Of a stretch of 64,000 bases of DNA, positions 1-9,508 are shown piece by piece. A program made the translations under genes and the position numbers. Origin of the DNA: an uncultured Candidatus Saccharibacteria bacterium (GTDB lineage Bacteria > Patescibacteriota > Minisyncoccia > Phycocordibacterales > UBA918); assembly GCA_964425625.1 (NCBI GenBank), contig CAYRMI010000004.1, positions 5,444 through 69,443 of the forward strand. The letters are read 5' to 3'. The notes beneath the pieces were generated by a model. That model made no database searches. It saw only the letters and a program-made list of their open reading frames with translations, and was not told where the DNA came from. Within the stretch, counting starts at the first letter, position 1, and the number at the start of each line of letters is the position of its first letter.

Positions 1-1107
1 GAGCTGGGACAGAGCAATCACTGGTACTTCCAAATCACGCGCCAGAATTTTTAACGAACGAGAGATTTCGGTGACTTGTTGCACCATGGAATCGCTAGCT
101 TTGGTCGCGGTGGGGGACATCAGCTGAAGGTAGTCGACAATTAGTAAGTTGAGGCCGTGTTCATTCTTAAGGCGACGGGCGGCGGAGCGCATTTTTAAGA
201 TATTATTACCAGCTTGGTCATCAATATGGATTTGGGCATTCGATAGTCTGGCCATGGCTTCTTGGACAGCAGTGAATTCCTGGTCGTTACTGAGGCGTCC
301 GGTGCGAAGCTTCCAAGAGTCCACTCCTGCCTCCGCGGCTAGCATACGATCAACCAACTGCTGGTCACTCATTTCCAAGGAAAAGATACCGACTGAGGCA
401 CCGAACTTGAGAGCGGCGTTGCGGGCGACATCGAGCGCAAAGGTTGTCTTACCCATAGACGGGCGAGCCGCTAGGATGATAAGGTCAGACTTCTGAAAAC
501 CAGCCAACAGGTTATCGAGCGCCGTAAAGCCTGATTGTACTCCGCGCTTTTCATCTTGGTTGGCGTTTAGGTACTCAAAGCGCTCCCAGGCTTCGGTGAG
601 TGAACTACCGATGGTCTTAAACTTCTGCGCACTTGGCGATTGTGTAGCGTGAAAGATTTTTTTCTCCGCTTGATCCAGTGCTTCGTCGACACTTTCTGGA
701 TCAGAGTAACCAATCTCGGCTACCTCTTCGGCGGCGTAGATGAGGTTGCGCAGGGCTGACTTACCGGAGACCAGCTCGGCGTAGTAGTGGGCATTGCCCG
801 CAGCTGGGACAGTCTCAATCAGCTCAGTAACGTAAGTGGCGCCACCGACGCGATCGAGACTATTGTTGCCTCGAAGTTTTGATACTAAAGTGACGACGTC
901 AACCGGATCGCCTTTGGAAAATATCTGGATGATAGATTCGTAGATGAGACGGTGTTTTTCGGCATAAAAACTTTCTGGATAGACAGTCGAAGCGATATCG
1001 TGAAGCACATCAGGCTTTAATATGATGGCTCCGAGCAGAGCCTTCTCAGCATCAATATTACGCGGGGGAGTGCGCAGGGAACGATTGACCGATGGTTGTT
1101 CTGACAT
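1..1107 (-). CDS. dnaB: Replicative DNA helicase DnaB. The start codon is inside the window and the C-terminal end runs off the left edge.
   Basis: Minus-strand translation from the ATG at 1107-1105 reads MSEQPSVNRSLRTPPRNIDAEKALLGAIILKPD. It continues through a RecA-like core with Walker A GKT (...RPSMGKTTFALD) and ...LLIVDYLQLM. The ORF is not in the supplied track because it lacks a stop inside the window. Confidence 0.9.
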   Translation of the reverse strand, partial: MSEQPSVNRSLRTPPRNIDAEKALLGAIILKPDVLHDIASTVYPESFYAEKHRLIYESIIQIFSKGDPVDVVTLVSKLRGNNSLDRVGGATYVTELIETVPAAGNAHYYAELVSGKSALRNLIYAAEEVAEIGYSDPESVDEALDQAEKKIFHATQSPSAQKFKTIGSSLTEAWERFEYLNANQDEKRGVQSGFTALDNLLAGFQKSDLIILAARPSMGKTTFALDVARNAALKFGASVGIFSLEMSDQQLVDRMLAAEAGVDSWKLRTGRLSNDQEFTAVQEAMARLSNAQIHIDDQAGNNILKMRSAARRLKNEHGLNLLIVDYLQLMSPTATKASDSMVQQVTEISRSLKILARDLEVPVIALSQL

Positions 1108-1186
1108 GGTAAAAGGGATTGTATCACGCTTTCGCTATTGACTACTTTTGCACAGAGCTGTGCATTGTGTGTACAACTTAGAGTGG

Positions 1187-2602
1187 TTACTCGACCTTGG
1201 TAATTTTGGGACCGTGAGGGGTGTCTTCTACAGCGTAACCTTTGAGGTTGAGTGCTTGTCTAATATTATCAGCTTCGGGCCAATTGCGCGTAATGCGAGC
1301 TACTTCACGAAGTTCTACTAGTTTTTGAATTTCTTCTGGTATAGCAGATTTTTCTAAGACACCAAGAGTCTTCATGCCTTCAGCTAAGTCAGCTCTGAGG
1401 CCAACATCAAGAATACTGTCCATAACATGAATCGTGGCGCACTTGGTGGGATTGTCTAGGGTGGTGTCTTTGGTCACTTGCCAGAGTAGGGCAATGGCAC
1501 CAGGAGTATCGAGGTCGTTGGCGATGAGGGTACGGAACTGTGCTACGTATTCTTGGTCGGGAGAGCCAGCCTTTTGTTTGTAATCCTCGTACATATAGCG
1601 TCTAAGGCGAAAAAGCGCTTGTTTGGCAGAACTAAGGGCTTCAAAAGTGAAATTGATGGGGGAGCGATAGTGGGCAGTCAAAAGCCAGTAGCGATAGTCT
1701 TCGGCCGAAAAACCACGGTCTATCAAGTGGCGAAGGTTGATAGTGTTGCCTAGAGATTTACTGATTTTGGTGTTATCAATCGTGATGAAGGCGTTATGCA
1801 GCCAATACTTCACAAAAGTCTTACCGGTCGCACATTCGGATTGGGCAATTTCGGCGTTGTGATGCACTGGTATATGATCGATGCCACCAGTATGAATATC
1901 AATTGATTTACCTAAAGTAGCCATCGCCATAGCAGAACATTCAATATGCCAACCTGGAAAACCTTTGCCCCATCGACTATCCCAACCCAAAATACCTTTT
2001 TTCCAAACCGCAAAATCGGCTGGATGATGCTTTTCTTGATTTACTTCCACGCGAGCGCCACTTTTTAGTTTTTCTAGGTCGATATGCCCAAGTCGACCGT
2101 AGGCTGGATATTTTTCGATATCAAAATAAACCCCGTCACTGGTTTCGTAGGTGTAGCCTTTGCCTTCTAGGGTTTCAATCAGGCTAATCTGGGCCTTGAT
2201 GTATTCGCTGGCGCGTGACCAGGTGGTCGGCGGTAGAATATGAAGAGCATCACAGTCATCATAAAAAGCATGAATGTAACGGTTTGATAGATCACGCATG
2301 GCCGAGAGAGTAACCGGTAAGCCTTCGCGCTTTAGTCCCTTCATCATTTTGTCTTCACCAGCATCACCATCATCAGTCAGGTGGCCAAAATCAGTTAGGT
2401 TGATAGTATGTTTAACCTCATAACCGTGAAAGATTAAAGTCCTTTTGACCATATCGGCAAAGACAAATGAGCGCAGATTACCAATATGAGCATAATCATA
2501 AACTGTTGGTCCACAGGTATACATAAGCACCTGGGAAGGGTTTAGGGGTGAGAATTTTTCCAATTTTTCCGACTCAGTATTGTACAAATAAACCGGGTCC
2601 AT
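1187..2602 (-). CDS. cysS: Cysteinyl-tRNA synthetase
   Basis: 494-aa ORF (1187..2671) carries class I aaRS motifs: HIGN (HIGH-type) and KISKS (KMSKS), plus the zinc-site context HIECSAMA. The start is placed at MDPVYLYNTESEKLEKF (M24 of the ORF), which aligns with E. coli CysRS MLKIFNTLTRQKEEF. Starts at 2638 or 2671 remain possible. Confidence 0.9.
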   Translation of the reverse strand: MDPVYLYNTESEKLEKFSPLNPSQVLMYTCGPTVYDYAHIGNLRSFVFADMVKRTLIFHGYEVKHTINLTDFGHLTDDGDAGEDKMMKGLKREGLPVTLSAMRDLSNRYIHAFYDDCDALHILPPTTWSRASEYIKAQISLIETLEGKGYTYETSDGVYFDIEKYPAYGRLGHIDLEKLKSGARVEVNQEKHHPADFAVWKKGILGWDSRWGKGFPGWHIECSAMAMATLGKSIDIHTGGIDHIPVHHNAEIAQSECATGKTFVKYWLHNAFITIDNTKISKSLGNTINLRHLIDRGFSAEDYRYWLLTAHYRSPINFTFEALSSAKQALFRLRRYMYEDYKQKAGSPDQEYVAQFRTLIANDLDTPGAIALLWQVTKDTTLDNPTKCATIHVMDSILDVGLRADLAEGMKTLGVLEKSAIPEEIQKLVELREVARITRNWPEADNIRQALNLKGYAVEDTPHGPKITKVE

Positions 2603-2664
2603 TTCTGGGAGGGTTGATTTGGTTTTAAAAAAGTCCATAAACATTGAAACAGTGTAACAAAACA

Positions 2665-4044
2665 ATGCCAAAACTTACAGTACCCAGAAGGGCTTTGGTC
2701 ATCTTTATGGTTTGTGCGATAATGCAGGGTAATATGGATAATGAACAAATAGAGTCAGTAGAGAATTTAACGGAAGGAGAGCCCAAACGAACAAGTGTGT
2801 TGGGAGTAACTCTGGCTTTATTATTAGCTATTGGAGCTTTTTTTTCTGGTCTACAGGTTAATGCCTTAACCAGCAACCAAGATCATCAGGTAGCCAATAT
2901 TTTTTCTATCTTCGCCAGGGAAGATAATGCGATGACGTTGTCGCCAGCCGATCAGCCGGACCTTAGCGAATTTTGGCATATCTGGCAGCTCCTTGATGAG
3001 CGCTTTATTGCTGCTAGTTCAACTCAAGTAATAACCACTGAAGAAAAAATTTATGGTGCAATTCAGGGACTGGTTGGAGCTTATGGCGATCCTTATACTG
3101 TCTTCTTGCCACCGGCTGAGAGTGAAGCTTTTGCCGAAGATATTTCTGGTAATTTTAGTGGCATTGGAATGGAGGTGGGTAATCGTGATGGGGTAATCAC
3201 CGTAATCGCCCCATTGGTGGATACTCCAGCCGAAAAAGCTGGTTTACTATCTGGTGATTTAATTATCCGCATTGATGATGTGAGTACTGAGGGAATGACT
3301 ATCGATGAAGCGGTTAAGAAAATTAGAGGAGAAAAGGGAACGGTGGTTAATTTATCCATTTTCCGTGAAGGTGAACTAGAGATTAGAGAATTCGCCGTCA
3401 CGCGCGACAACATCACTATCCCGACGGTAAAAACGAAACAAGAAGGAGACGTGTTTATCATTAGTCTTTATAGTTTCAATGCCGTAGCAGAAATAAAGAT
3501 GCAAGAAGCGATGCGTGAGTACGTCAAAAGTGATGCTACCAAGATGATACTAGACTTACGTGGTAACCCCGGAGGCTACCTACAGAGTGCGGTTGCTATT
3601 GCCAGTTTCTTTCTACCCACCGGTAAGGTGGTAGTCAAAGAAAATCATGGTGACGTTATAAACGACAAACTGTATCGTAGCCAGGGTAAGACTTTGGATA
3701 AGAGGGCGCCAGAAAAGATGGTAGTTCTGATAGATGGTGGATCAGCCTCAGCTTCAGAGATTTTGGCTGGAGCACTGAGTGAACATGGCTACGCGACACT
3801 TATCGGTGAGAGTACTTTTGGTAAAGGTTCAGTCCAAGAACTAATCAACAATGACGATGGTTCTGCCTTAAAAGTTACCGTCGCACGTTGGTTGACCCCT
3901 AATGGACTCTCCATTTCTGATGGTGGATTAAAGCCAGATATTAAAATTAAGCGCACCGCCGAAGATAGAATAAGTGAACTCGATCCACAACTGACAGCCG
4001 GACTAGATTTCTTGGCCGGTAAAGAGGTGGTGAGTCAAGAATAA
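2665..4044 (+). CDS. Carboxy-terminal processing peptidase (S41 family, Ctp/Prc-like) with PDZ domain and N-terminal membrane anchor
   Basis: PDZ region GIGMEVGNRDGVITVIAPLVDTPAEKAGLLSGDLIIRIDD. S41 motifs DLRGNPGG and GGSASASEILAGAL. The ORF track starts at TTG 2644; ATG 2665 (MPKLTV) is preferred. Confidence 0.85.
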   Translation: MPKLTVPRRALVIFMVCAIMQGNMDNEQIESVENLTEGEPKRTSVLGVTLALLLAIGAFFSGLQVNALTSNQDHQVANIFSIFAREDNAMTLSPADQPDLSEFWHIWQLLDERFIAASSTQVITTEEKIYGAIQGLVGAYGDPYTVFLPPAESEAFAEDISGNFSGIGMEVGNRDGVITVIAPLVDTPAEKAGLLSGDLIIRIDDVSTEGMTIDEAVKKIRGEKGTVVNLSIFREGELEIREFAVTRDNITIPTVKTKQEGDVFIISLYSFNAVAEIKMQEAMREYVKSDATKMILDLRGNPGGYLQSAVAIASFFLPTGKVVVKENHGDVINDKLYRSQGKTLDKRAPEKMVVLIDGGSASASEILAGALSEHGYATLIGESTFGKGSVQELINNDDGSALKVTVARWLTPNGLSISDGGLKPDIKIKRTAEDRISELDPQLTAGLDFLAGKEVVSQE

Positions 4045-4123
4045 TCCGCGATTGGAAGGGAAGGCAAAATTTTGCTATGATGCTTTGGTTATACAGTTAG
4101 CCGTTATTGTAAGTGCATTAGAT

Positions 4124-4570
4124 ATGAAAGTTATATTACTCCGTGACGTGGCTAAGATTGGTCGCCGGTTTGAGATAAAGGAAGTGCCAGACGGGTTTGC
4201 TTTAAATAAGTTGATTCCGCAAAAGTATGCTGAAGCAGCTACCCCGGCCAATGTAAAACGAATAATGGAGAAAAATAAGAACGATGTTCGTCATACTAGC
4301 CTAAAGAAGGAGACAGCCGAAGCCATTGCGCAGGCCTGCGCCCTTAAGCCACTGATCATCTCGATGGAAGCTAATGACCAGGGGCATTTATTTCAGAGCG
4401 TTCACGCCAGTGATGTTGTGAAGTCAGCTCTGGCAGTTGGGCTTAGTATCGATCCGGTTAGTCTAAAATTTGCCGAACCAATCAAATCTCTTGGAGATCA
4501 TAGTGTCTCACTAGTGGTTGGTGCTGAGAATCACACCCTAGCAATTAGTGTGGTAGCAAAAGATAAGTAA
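4124..4570 (+). CDS. rplI: 50S ribosomal protein L9
   Basis: MKVILLRDVAKIGRRFEIKEVPDGFALNKLIPQ matches the L9 N-terminal consensus MKVILLxDVxxLGKKGDVxxVKDGYARNFLIP. The start is moved to the internal ATG 4124 of ORF 4052..4570. Confidence 0.85.
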   Translation: MKVILLRDVAKIGRRFEIKEVPDGFALNKLIPQKYAEAATPANVKRIMEKNKNDVRHTSLKKETAEAIAQACALKPLIISMEANDQGHLFQSVHASDVVKSALAVGLSIDPVSLKFAEPIKSLGDHSVSLVVGAENHTLAISVVAKDK

Positions 4571-4578
4571 TAATTTAT

Positions 4579-5292
4579 ATGATAAACAAAAGCAATATTA
4601 TAATGGTGGGGGTAGTGGTTGTCTTATCGGGTGCCTTGGTGGCTTTAATGGCTTACTGGCTTGGCCCAGATAATGTTTCTAGCCAAAAGGCAAGTCTCAG
4701 TGATTCCAATAACCAAAACGAAATTACTGCACCATTAAACGCCGAACAATTAGCCGCCTATCAAGTAGATATGACAAATGAAAACAACCCAGTAGCCACT
4801 TTGGTTACTAATCAGGGAACAATCGAACTAGAGCTATTTGCTGATACAATGCCTATCACTGCTGGTAACTTTATCAAACTAGCCAAGGAAGGATTTTATG
4901 ATGGGGTCAAATTTCATCGTGTAATCGATGGGTTTATGATTCAATCCGGTGATCCTATCACCAAGACCGAAGAATACTTGAGGTACGGTACGGGTGGTCC
5001 GGGTTATGCTATTCCTGATGAGCATGTGGCTGGCGAATACCTCACCAACGTACGAGGAACAATTTCCATGGCCAATAGTGGACCAGAGTCTGGTGGGAGT
5101 CAGTTTTTTATAAACTTAGCTGATAATACCAATCTAGATTTTGATAAAGTGCCACTTACCTCTAAGCATCCAGTTTTTGGTCGGGTAGTTAAAGGTATGG
5201 AAGTGGTAGACGCAATCGCAAAAGTAGAGACTAATGACCGCGATATGCCACTTAATGCAGTAGTGATAGAAAAAGTCTCAATTAACGAATAG
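4579..5292 (+). CDS. Cyclophilin-type peptidyl-prolyl cis-trans isomerase with N-terminal transmembrane anchor
   Basis: Cyclophilin core FHRVIDGFMIQSGDP ... GTISMANSGPESGGSQFFINL. The N-terminus is hydrophobic (MVGVVVVLSGALVALMAYWL). Confidence 0.85.
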   Translation: MINKSNIIMVGVVVVLSGALVALMAYWLGPDNVSSQKASLSDSNNQNEITAPLNAEQLAAYQVDMTNENNPVATLVTNQGTIELELFADTMPITAGNFIKLAKEGFYDGVKFHRVIDGFMIQSGDPITKTEEYLRYGTGGPGYAIPDEHVAGEYLTNVRGTISMANSGPESGGSQFFINLADNTNLDFDKVPLTSKHPVFGRVVKGMEVVDAIAKVETNDRDMPLNAVVIEKVSINE

Positions 5293-5313
5293 GTACAGCT
5301 GTAAATCACAAAA

Positions 5314-5352
5314 GACGACGCCGGCCCTAGGGCCGGCGTCGTCTTTTCTTTT
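5314..5352. terminator. Bidirectional rho-independent terminator between the PPIase gene (+) and rpmA (-)
   Basis: GACGACGCCGGCCC-TAG-GGCCGGCGTCGTC is a perfect 14-bp GC-rich stem. It is followed by TTTTCTTTT on the + strand and preceded by an A-run, which gives a U-run on the minus strand. Confidence 0.8.
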
Positions 5353-5363
5353 GAATAGCTTAC

Positions 5364-5645
5364 TTATACAGTCGCTACTACATCTACTGCTTTTTTGACA
5401 ACGGTATTGCCATTGAAGCGCTTCTTGCGCATGTTGCGAAAAGCAACTACTCCGCTAGTAGCTGCAAAAAGAGTGTGGTCGCTACCAATACTGACACCTT
5501 TTCCGGCTTCAATCTTGGTACCTCGCTGTCGAACAATAATGTCGCCAGTTTGGACTTTTTCACCGGCAGTCTTCTTGATGCCGAGATATTTTGGTTGTGA
5601 GTCGCGCAGGTTTTTAGCTGTTCCTGCGGCCTTTTTGGTTGCCAT
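5364..5645 (-). CDS. rpmA: 50S ribosomal protein L27
   Basis: [51 protein letters not shown] matches the L27 consensus [51 protein letters not shown]. Confidence 0.9.
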   Translation of the reverse strand: MATKKAAGTAKNLRDSQPKYLGIKKTAGEKVQTGDIIVRQRGTKIEAGKGVSIGSDHTLFAATSGVVAFRNMRKKRFNGNTVVKKAVDVVATV

Positions 5646-5691
5646 ACGATATAATAATTACTATGAATCTAACTGGGCGAGTATACGTCAT

Positions 5692-6078
5692 ATGAAGGAA
5701 AAACTCAAGTCTTTAGTTTTAAATGATCAGTATTTCTATGGCGTTTTAGTGCTATTGGTGGGTATTTGCTCATTCTTTTTGGGACAAAATTCAGTAACTA
5801 ATTCCATGATTGGGCAGTCTTCAGAAGCTTCTGTCGTCAACTATACGACCTCAATCGTAGAGGTAAAAGAAAACGAGACCCAAGTAGCAACCTCAACTGG
5901 GGAGGATAAACTGGGTACTATAGAGCTTGTTGCCTCCAAAAGTGGCACCAAATATCATCTACCGACTTGCCCAGGAGCTGGCCAAATAAAACCAGAAAAT
6001 AGAATTACCTTTAGTTCCTATAGTAAAGCTAGAGCGGCTGGTTATACCCCAGCTGCTAATTGTCCTGGTCTTGAGTAA
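5692..6078 (+). CDS. Small membrane-anchored hypothetical protein with a C-terminal Ada-N-like (YH..P.C...ENR..F.S...AAGY.P..C) putative metal-binding motif
   Basis: MKEKLKSLVLNDQYFYGVLVLLVGICSFFLG (TM helix) ... KYHLPTCPGAGQIKPENRITFSSYSKARAAGYTPAANCPG. The upstream part of track ORF 5395..6078 is antisense to rpmA, so the start was moved to ATG 5692. Confidence 0.35.
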   Translation: MKEKLKSLVLNDQYFYGVLVLLVGICSFFLGQNSVTNSMIGQSSEASVVNYTTSIVEVKENETQVATSTGEDKLGTIELVASKSGTKYHLPTCPGAGQIKPENRITFSSYSKARAAGYTPAANCPGLE

Positions 6079-6095
6079 GGTAGAATGTTATAGAC

Positions 6096-6890
6096 ATGAG
6101 GTATCTTTGGCTTTTTTATCATTCAGCTAACCAATGGTTGGCAAAAGACATGAGTTATTATGCAGCCGCTTTTTCTTATTATGCGCCACTGGCTTTAATA
6201 CCACTTATTTTGTTGTCATTAGTTGTTTCTGGCTTTTTTTATGGTAGTGAGTTTGTGATGAATATTTTCCTTGGTTGGGGGACAGCGCTTGGGCCAGATT
6301 TACTAGCCCTCATCAATGTGGCCGTACAAAACCTAGATATCGAGACAAAAACCTACCGAATACCACTCTTGGCCGTCTTGTTTTTCTCCAGCGTTAGTAT
6401 TTTTTCCTTCAACGTCCTGGGTACTGCTTTCAAGCATATTTGGAATACTCATCAGTTTGGCTTTATCCCTTGGTCGCAACAAACCATCCGGTCCATCGTT
6501 TTCGTACTGATTCTGCAGATTTATTTAATATTTTTAATTGGAGTTGAAGGGTTTTTAACTTTTTTTGGAGTTCGTTCAATAATTCTCTTACCGGAGATAA
6601 TCTGGCTTTTAAGTATTTCATCAATTTTTATCTTTATGTTTAGGTACTTAGCCAAAGCTACACCAAGTTGGCGAGCTTGTATCTTTGGTGGTTTTGTTTC
6701 GGGTCTGCTGGTTGTCTCAACTAGCAATATTGTGACTGTCTATTTAGGTACACAGCCAGTCCTTAGTATTTTTGGTGCGGCTGGGTTGATTCTAATATTA
6801 TTGATTTGGGTGTATGTTTTGGCTTCGATCATTCTCTACGGGGCCACCCTGGCTCATCTCTATGATCGGATGATTAATACTAATATGTAA
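6096..6890 (+). CDS. YihY/BrkB family inner-membrane protein (formerly annotated RNase BN)
   Basis: N-terminal signature LAKDMSYYAAAFSYYAPLALIPLILLSLVVSGFF, followed by multiple TM helices. Confidence 0.7.
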   Translation: MRYLWLFYHSANQWLAKDMSYYAAAFSYYAPLALIPLILLSLVVSGFFYGSEFVMNIFLGWGTALGPDLLALINVAVQNLDIETKTYRIPLLAVLFFSSVSIFSFNVLGTAFKHIWNTHQFGFIPWSQQTIRSIVFVLILQIYLIFLIGVEGFLTFFGVRSIILLPEIIWLLSISSIFIFMFRYLAKATPSWRACIFGGFVSGLLVVSTSNIVTVYLGTQPVLSIFGAAGLILILLIWVYVLASIILYGATLAHLYDRMINTNM

Positions 6891-6895
6891 CTTTT

Positions 6896-7492
6896 ATGAT
6901 TGTTATTGATGTTGAAGCAACTGGTGTGATTTATCAAAAGCACTCAATTCTTTCGATTGGCGCCATTGAGTATGAAAATCCCACCAACCGCTTCTATGGC
7001 GAGTGTCGCATCTGGGAAGGAGCTCATATTATGGAAGAGGCTACGGCTGTTCATGGAATGAGTCAAGAAGAGATGACAGACCCAAGTAAGTCGACCGAGG
7101 CTGAGTTGGTACAGTCTTTTATGGAGTGGTCGCAACATATGGCTGATCGAACCCTGGTCGGGCAAAACGTGTCTTTTGACCGCGACATGGTCAAAGCGGC
7201 CTGCGAGCGAGCTGGTATTCCCTGGGATTTAGCTCATCGCACTATCGACACCCATACTTTGTGCTGGATGCATATGGTAAAAAGGGGACTAACTCCACCC
7301 CTAGATGAACAACATCGTCGCAGTGCTCTTAACTTGGACGTTGTTTTAAACTACTGTGGTATCCCGAGTGAGCCAGAACCACACAATGCATTGACCGGAG
7401 CCATGTGTCACGCAGAAGTTACTTCACGGTTGCTACACGACCGGATGCTTCTCCCCGAGTTTTCACAATTTTCTATACCTTGGCAGGTCTAG
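6896..7492 (+). CDS. DEDDh 3'-5' exonuclease (DnaQ/RNase T-like)
   Basis: Exo I motif MIVIDVEATG, Exo II region VGQNVSFDRDMV, Exo III region HNALTGAMCHAEV. Confidence 0.7.
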   Translation: MIVIDVEATGVIYQKHSILSIGAIEYENPTNRFYGECRIWEGAHIMEEATAVHGMSQEEMTDPSKSTEAELVQSFMEWSQHMADRTLVGQNVSFDRDMVKAACERAGIPWDLAHRTIDTHTLCWMHMVKRGLTPPLDEQHRRSALNLDVVLNYCGIPSEPEPHNALTGAMCHAEVTSRLLHDRMLLPEFSQFSIPWQV

Positions 7493-7512
7493 AATGTTAC
7501 AATGAGTAAAGT

Positions 7513-8250
7513 ATGGTAAAGAAAATATTTGGACTGAGTAAGAATAAGATTAAAGAAGACCCACATTGTCGAGTGGTGACCGAATTACTAGACCCCGGTG
7601 GTCAGGACGGAGCCATTCAATCGTGGCGAGTTTTTCGCATTATGTCGGAGTTTGTGCAAGGCTTTGAGCTTTTGCGCAACTATGGCTTGGCTGCTACTTT
7701 TTGGGGTAGCGCTCGTCTACAACCAAACGACCCATATTATAAAGCAGCTGAGGAACTAGCAGCTAAGCTGGCCAAGAAGGGTTATGCCATTATTTCCGGT
7801 GGTGGCCCAGGTATTATGGAAGCCTCAAATGTCGGCGCCTTTAAGGTTGGCGGTAAGTCGATTGGGCTAAATATAGAACTACCATTTGAACAGAAATTAA
7901 ATCCTTACACTACCGAATCTCTAACTTTCAAGTATTTTTTCTCGCGTAAAGTAATGTTGACCTTCTCCTCAGAAGTTTACATTTATTTCCCTGGTGGCTA
8001 TGGCACTTTAGATGAATTCTTTGAAATTATTACTTTAATTCAGACCAAAAAAATTGAACGAGTACCAATTGTGCTTTATGGTTCTGATTTTTGGGAACCA
8101 TTATTGCGTTGGTTTGAAAAGGATTTGCTAAAGAAATTCAAGACAATAAACAAAGAAGATTTAGATCTTTTTGTGGTGGTGGATAGTGTAGACGATGCTT
8201 ACAAGTACATTCTTAAGAATGTTGATGGTAAAAACGTAAGACAGGTATAA
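7513..8250 (+). CDS. LOG family protein (TIGR00730 Rossmann-fold nucleotide-binding; cytokinin riboside 5'-monophosphate phosphoribohydrolase-like)
   Basis: ISGGGPGIMEASNVGAFKVGGKSIGLNIELPFEQKLNPY and PGGYGTLDEFFE are LOG hallmark motifs. Confidence 0.8.
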   Translation: MVKKIFGLSKNKIKEDPHCRVVTELLDPGGQDGAIQSWRVFRIMSEFVQGFELLRNYGLAATFWGSARLQPNDPYYKAAEELAAKLAKKGYAIISGGGPGIMEASNVGAFKVGGKSIGLNIELPFEQKLNPYTTESLTFKYFFSRKVMLTFSSEVYIYFPGGYGTLDEFFEIITLIQTKKIERVPIVLYGSDFWEPLLRWFEKDLLKKFKTINKEDLDLFVVVDSVDDAYKYILKNVDGKNVRQV

Positions 8251-8251
8251 C

Positions 8252-9508
8252 ATGAATATTTCCTATTTTGATGACGCCCGGGTGACAGACAATCTACTTA
8301 TCAAAAAGCAGAAGCAATTAGACGTGTATCGACAAACTATTTCGCAAGCTGAAGCTGAAAACAACATAACAGTACCTGAAGCTTCGCTTTACTACCCCAA
8401 AGATATTGCTTTACATGAACAGCTGGCAGAAATGCAAAAGAAAGCTAAGTTGATAAAGCATGTAGTACTAATTGGTATTGGCGGATCAAGTCTTGGTACT
8501 GAAGCTGTCCATGCTGTGCTTGATACGGGTCGGGTGGAGCTATCAGTACTTGATACTGTCTCGGTTAGTAAGCTTCATGAAGTCAAGACCACGCTGGCCA
8601 AGTACAAAAAAGCATCACAACTAGCCATTTGTATAGTCAGCAAATCAGGCAGTACCACCGAGACCCTCACTAATGCCTCAGTTTTACTGGCTGATCTAGA
8701 AGCAAAGTTTGGGTCAGCTATCTACGGACAAGTTTATTTTATCGGCAATCCTGGTACAGATTTTATGCGTCTAGGAAAGAAGCTAGGAGCCACCTGTGTA
8801 ACGATGCCGGAGATAATTGGTGGACGTTTTTCAGTGGCTACCGCCGTTGGTCTAGTGCCACTAACACTGCTTGGTCATGATGTTGATGAGTTTATCTCTG
8901 GCTACCTCGATGTGCTCACTTCTACTCTCGAAACAGTAGTCAGCGAAAGCTCGGCGCGTTTGGCTACCTATCACCAACTTAAATTCTCACACTATAACTT
9001 CTTTGCGTTTGAAACTCGCTTAGAGAAGCTGGGCCAATGGTACAGGCAGTTGTTTGCTGAGAGTTTAGGTAAAGAAACGACTATCTCCGGTCTGGCAGTC
9101 AAGAATGTGATGGTGCCAGCGATTATGACACCAGTTGAGCTTCACTCGGTTGGACAGCTCTATATGAGTGGTGTCCCTGATGTCTATACTGACTTTGTTA
9201 GCTTCGATGATGAAACGCTTGATGTCATGATACCTAAGCAGACAAAAATCGCCAAACAACTGAAGGGCTACTCACTGCAAGAAGTTGCGACCGCTCTTTA
9301 TGGTGGAGTAATTGCTGCTTACCAAGAAAGACAATTACCATACCGAGCCACTGTATTTGAAGATAATCTAGCCTACTCTATTGGTCAGTTTATGGCCATG
9401 CGTCTGCGAGAAGTCATGTATACCGCTAAGTTGCTCGACGTCAATGCCTTCGATCAACCAAACGTTGAACTGTATAAACAGAAAACTCGCGAGATTCTCT
9501 TTTTATGA
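8252..9508 (+). CDS. pgi: Glucose-6-phosphate isomerase (short bacterial/archaeal type)
   Basis: PGI signature LIGIGGSSLGTEAVHAVL. Stop codon overlaps the start of the downstream ROK kinase (ATGA). Confidence 0.85.
   Translation: MNISYFDDARVTDNLLIKKQKQLDVYRQTISQAEAENNITVPEASLYYPKDIALHEQLAEMQKKAKLIKHVVLIGIGGSSLGTEAVHAVLDTGRVELSVLDTVSVSKLHEVKTTLAKYKKASQLAICIVSKSGSTTETLTNASVLLADLEAKFGSAIYGQVYFIGNPGTDFMRLGKKLGATCVTMPEIIGGRFSVATAVGLVPLTLLGHDVDEFISGYLDVLTSTLETVVSESSARLATYHQLKFSHYNFFAFETRLEKLGQWYRQLFAESLGKETTISGLAVKNVMVPAIMTPVELHSVGQLYMSGVPDVYTDFVSFDDETLDVMIPKQTKIAKQLKGYSLQEVATALYGGVIAAYQERQLPYRATVFEDNLAYSIGQFMAMRLREVMYTAKLLDVNAFDQPNVELYKQKTREILFL

Noticed and set aside
149-496. 115-aa + strand ORF
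   Set aside because: Lies antisense within the dnaB coding region. Low-complexity Ala/Arg/Ser-rich product typical of a GC-skewed antisense frame.
5395-5691. N-terminal 99 codons of track ORF 5395..6078
   Set aside because: Entirely antisense to rpmA. The downstream ATG at 5692, preceded by the intergenic region, gives a sensible signal-anchored protein.
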